Of a stretch of 64,000 bases of DNA, positions 60,403-64,000 are shown in pieces (positions within the stretch are counted from its first letter, which is position 1; every line of letters starts with the position of its first letter). The stretch is from the NCBI GenBank assembly GCA_002104905.1, contig MCFE01000037.1, positions 140,378-204,377 of the forward strand, read 5' to 3'. The notes under the pieces were generated by a model. That model saw nothing but the letters and a program-made list of their open reading frames with translations. It was not told where the DNA came from and did not search any database. A program made the translations under genes and the position numbers. This DNA is from Basidiobolus meristosporus CBS 931.73 (Eukaryota; Fungi; Basidiobolomycota).

Positions 60403-62638
60403 AGACAGTCACCAACAGGTGAAATCTTTATTTCAGTTGAAACAAAGAAGCCAGCGCAACTGTTGTAGCTTTGATACAAGAGTGTGTAGCTGAGTGGAAT
60501 TTGTAGGTAAGTTAATAAGAAGTGATGATAGTTCTTCAGTGCTCAAGACACTGTTCAGTGGGAAGGGGGGTAGCAAGAGAGGTAAGAATGACTTGTGAAC
60601 AACATTAATGAGGGGAATGTGATAAGGATTGATATTCATCATAAAGGGTGTGTGCTGCTGCAGATATTGCTGCCAAAGGTCTGTCAAGTACTTCAGGTAG
60701 GCTAGCTTGGGTTTTTCTGACTGCAGAATATAGTGTGCAAACTTCTTGACTTCAGGATCTCCAAGTATAGTTCTCCAGCAAGAGCCAGGTGTTGTGTGGT
60801 GTGTTCTCTTCCAGGCCTTAATCAGTGGGTTGTTGCCGTTGTGAAGTCTGAGGTATAATCTGGTTCTAAGGTAGAGAAGTCTGATCTTATAGGGCATAAA
60901 CCCAAAAGCACCAAGAATAGCATGTCTGTAGGGGCATTCAGGCAAATGAGGCACCAAGGAGGTAATGCACCATACTGCAAACTTGTCAAGCTTAGTGCAG
61001 TCTCTAGAAGTAAGAGAGAGAAGTGGTAAGCCAAATTCCAGGACAGGGAAGACAAACTGCTTGAGTAGAAGGAGGCAGCTGGGAGCTGAAGTTGTAGGAG
61101 GAGTAACAGCCAGTAGCTTGTGGAGTGCCTGTCTTGCCAGGATAATTCTCTTCTTCAGGTGTGCTCCAGAGTCTAGTCCAGTAGGAAGGAAAGGAAAGCC
61201 AAGATATGTAGCAGAAACCTGAGCAGGTAGAGTGGAGTTCTCCAAGTTGATGGGAGAGCCCAAAGGTACTGTCTTTGCAATGGAAAGCTGGAGATTATTC
61301 TTCTGCAGATACTGGTGAATGGTCTGGGAGTTGTGTTGCACATTGGAGGAGGATATTCTGATGTCATCAGCAAAGAGGGTAACCAGGCAGTCAGCTGAGA
61401 GTCTTGGGAAATCATTCAGGAAGATGGCAAACAATATAGGACCAAGCACAGAGCCTTGAACCACTCCATTAGGAACTGAGAACACAGCTGATTGCTCACT
61501 TGGGTGCAGAATTCTTGCTTGTGGATCCAGAAACAGAGACCTGACAAGGAGGGTGAGAGAGGTACTGGAGAAGCATTGCAACTTGGACCAAAGCAGATTT
61601 CTGTCAACTGAATCAAAGGCCTTAGTAATATCAAACAGAACAGAGGGATACTTGCACTGGAGAGAGTGATCTTGGCTAAGTATGACTGCATATTCCAAGG
61701 AGAGGCCAGCAACAAAGCCAAACTGTTCAGGATGAAACTTGAGGGAGTCAGAGTAGAGCTCCTGAGCAAGCAGAAGCTCAAACAACTTTCTGCAGGTGGG
61801 CAGCAGAGATATTGGCCTGTAGGAGCTAGGATCCAGGCGCTTTCCTTTACCCTTGTACAGTGGCAGAACATTTGCAAAGGACCATTCCTCAGGAGTAGAA
61901 AGCTGGGTTGAGCATTGCTGAAACAGTGGAAGCAGAAGTGCAGACATGGCCTTGGTACTAGTCTTCAGAAGCTCATAGGAGATTGTGTCCACACCTGGAG
62001 CAGTAGAGTTGGGAAGCCTCTTGAGCACATTATGGATTCTCCCTTGATCAAGTGCAAGTGGGATGGGCAGAGTCTTGAAGTCAGGATGAAAGCCAGGAGT
62101 TGAGTACTGCTTTGTAGAGAAGAAGATGTTAGCCAGCTGTTCTGTTGAAGGTAACTTCCTGGAAGAGGGCCTCATTGCCCTGTAGAGTCTTGACACTGTT
62201 CTTGTTATAGAGTTGGAAGATTGCAGAGGCAAGGAACTCATAATGAGTATGCAGAGTGTGGTGAATTGCCTTGGAGTGGTGTATTGCTGTCAGGAGGAGC
62301 TTCTCTGTTTTTGGGTTAGGGAAACTCAGGTAGCTTTGTTGCAGGGCAGAAACAATGGATTCCCATTTTCTTGAGGTAACAGCAGTAGTCTTGCATGGCA
62401 GTGAGAGGGAGGCAGACACCAGAATCAGATGCTTCACAAAGAGCCAGGCATAGTTGAGATCATCTGGCAGAGAATGTAGCAAACTGGCAAGCTTCAAGTG
62501 GTTCCCAAAGTCTTTCTTCTGATTCTTGGTAGCTTTGTGGGTGAGCACAGTAAGTTTTGGCAGCTTCTTCTTCACAACTGGTTGCATAGAAAGGGACCAG
62601 GCTGGGTGGTCAGAGGCTCTCAAGGATTCTAGCTCAGC
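60403..62638 (-). mobile_element. Non-LTR retrotransposon family 1, longest copy (2.2 kb, RT ORF 60433-62241), 5'-truncated and telomere-capped
   Basis: APGVD, YRPISLL, QFGF, FDITKAFD, GVVQGSVLGP, LFADDI and YLGFP. 3' end follows GGGTTAGGGGGG (60391); the 5' end is followed by TTAGGG repeats (62639). Confidence 0.93.
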
Positions 62639-62670
62639 TTAGGGTTAGGGTTAGGGGAGGGTTAGGGGGG

Positions 62671-62949
62671 AGACAGTCACCAACAGGTGAAATCTTTATT
62701 TCAGTTGAAACAAAGAAGCCAGCGCTACTGTTGTAGCTTTGATACAAGAGTGTGTAGCTGAGGGGAATTTGTAGGTAAGTTAATAAGAAGTGATGATAGT
62801 TCTTCAGTGCTCAAGACACTGTTCAGTGGGAAGGGGGGTAGCAAGAGAGGTAAGAATGACTTGTGAACAACATTAATGAGGGGAATGTGATAAGGATTGA
62901 TATTCATCATAAAGGGAGTGTGCTGCTGCAGATATTGCTGCCAAAGGTC
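62671..62949 (-). mobile_element. Family-1 3' fragment (~280 bp)
   Basis: Near-identical to the 3' end of 60403-62638; flanked by TTAGGG-type junctions. Confidence 0.93.
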
Positions 62950-62956
62950 TTAGGGG

Positions 62957-63647
62957 AGACAGTCACCAACAGGTGAAATCTTTATTTCAGTTGAAACAAA
63001 GAAGCCAGCGCTACTGTTGTAGCTTTGATACAAGAGTGTGTAGCTGAGGGGAATTTGTAGGTAAGTTAATAAGAAGTGATGATAGTTCTTCAGTGCTCAA
63101 GACACTGTTCAGTGGGAAGGGGGGTAGCAAGAGAGGTAAGAATGACTTGTGAACAACATTAATGAGGGGAATGTGATAAGGATTGATATTCATCATAAAG
63201 GGAGTGTGCTGCTGCAGATATTGCTGCCAAAGGTCTGTCAAGTACTTCAGGTAGGCCAGCTTGGGTTTTTCTGACTGCAGAATAAATTCTGCAAACTTCT
63301 TGACTTCAGGATCTCCAAGTATAGTTCTCCAGCAGGAGCCAGTTGTTGTGTGGTGTGTTCTCTTCCAGGCCTTAATCAGTGGGTTGTTGCAGTGGTGAAG
63401 TCTGAGACATAATCTGGTTCTAAGGTAGAGAAGTCTGATCTTATAGGGCATAAACCCAAAAGCACCAAGAATAGCATGTCTGTAGGGGCATTCAGGCAAA
63501 TGAGGCACCAAGGAGGTAATGCACCATACTGCAAACTTGTCAAGCTTAGTGCAGTCTCTAGAAGTAAGAGAGAGAAGTGGTAAGCCAAATTCCAGTACAG
63601 GGAAGACAAACTGCTTGAGTAGAAGAAGGCAGCTGGGAGCTGAAGTT
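62957..63647 (-). mobile_element. Family-1 3' fragment (~690 bp)
   Basis: Same 3' end; truncated and capped by GGGTTAGGGGGGG. Confidence 0.93.
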
Positions 63648-63660
63648 GGGTTAGGGGGGG

Positions 63661-63832
63661 AGACAGTCACCAACAGGTGAAATCTTTATTTCAGTTGAAA
63701 CAAAGAAGCCAGCGCTACTGTTGTAGCTTTGATACAAGAGTGTGTAGCTGAGGGGAATTTGTAGGTAAGTTAATAAGAAGTGATGATAGTTCTTCAGTGC
63801 TCAAGACACTGTTCAGTGGGAAGGGGGGTAGC
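63661..63832 (-). mobile_element. Family-1 3' fragment (172 bp), terminal copy
   Basis: Directly abuts the telomere. Confidence 0.93.
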
Positions 63833-64000
63833 TTAGGGTTAGGGTTAGGGTTAGGGTTAGGGTTAGGGTTAGGGTTAGGGTTAGGGTTAGGGTTAGGGTT
63901 AGGGTTAGGGTTAGGGTTAGGGTTAGGGTTAGGGTTAGGGTTAGGGTTAGGGTTAGGGTTAGGGTTAGGGTTAGGGTTAGGGTTAGGGTTAGGGTTAGGG
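63833..64000 (+). repeat. Telomere (TTAGGG)28 running to the window end
   Basis: Perfect TTAGGG array. Confidence 0.99.

Noticed and set aside
60403-62638. Calling family 1 an endonuclease-less Penelope-like (Athena/Coprina) element
   Set aside because: The RT motifs are LINE-type and the upstream frame (62129-62623) resembles a post-APE linker. Absence of an endonuclease may just be truncation.

Overview
Right-hand end of a fungal chromosome, inferred from short GT-AG introns, a velvet gene and (TTAGGG)28 at 63833-64000. It is probably an early-diverging fungus, but the taxon cannot be fixed from sequence. (1) 1-5.7 kb: two duplicated IU-type nucleoside hydrolases flanking an AVT-family amino-acid transporter. 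(2) 6.1-41.7 kb: a large urate oxidase amplification of 20 intronless genes or fragments from two distinct paralogs (here A and B) in strict 1:1 alternation. The pairs are co-oriented in cluster 1 (6.1-14.1 kb) and divergent in cluster 2 (24.2-41.7 kb), with DRE2, CRM1 and YPT1 between the clusters. The array ends at a head-to-head telomere-repeat scar where pair orientation flips. (3) 42-51 kb: a C2H2 zinc-finger gene, a spliced minimal velvet gene missing from the ORF track, and a secreted DUF3472-like/chitin-binding fusion protein. (4) 52-64 kb: a CpG-depleted, polarised stack of non-LTR retrotransposons of two families. Every copy has its 3' end joined to TTAGGG repeats and its truncated 5' end capped by new TTAGGG repeats. 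This region also holds a 155-bp satellite and a 732-bp foldback element inserted at a TA. The main candidates for new biology are an obligately paired, possibly heteromeric A/B uricase system and LINEs that extend a telomerase-type telomere.
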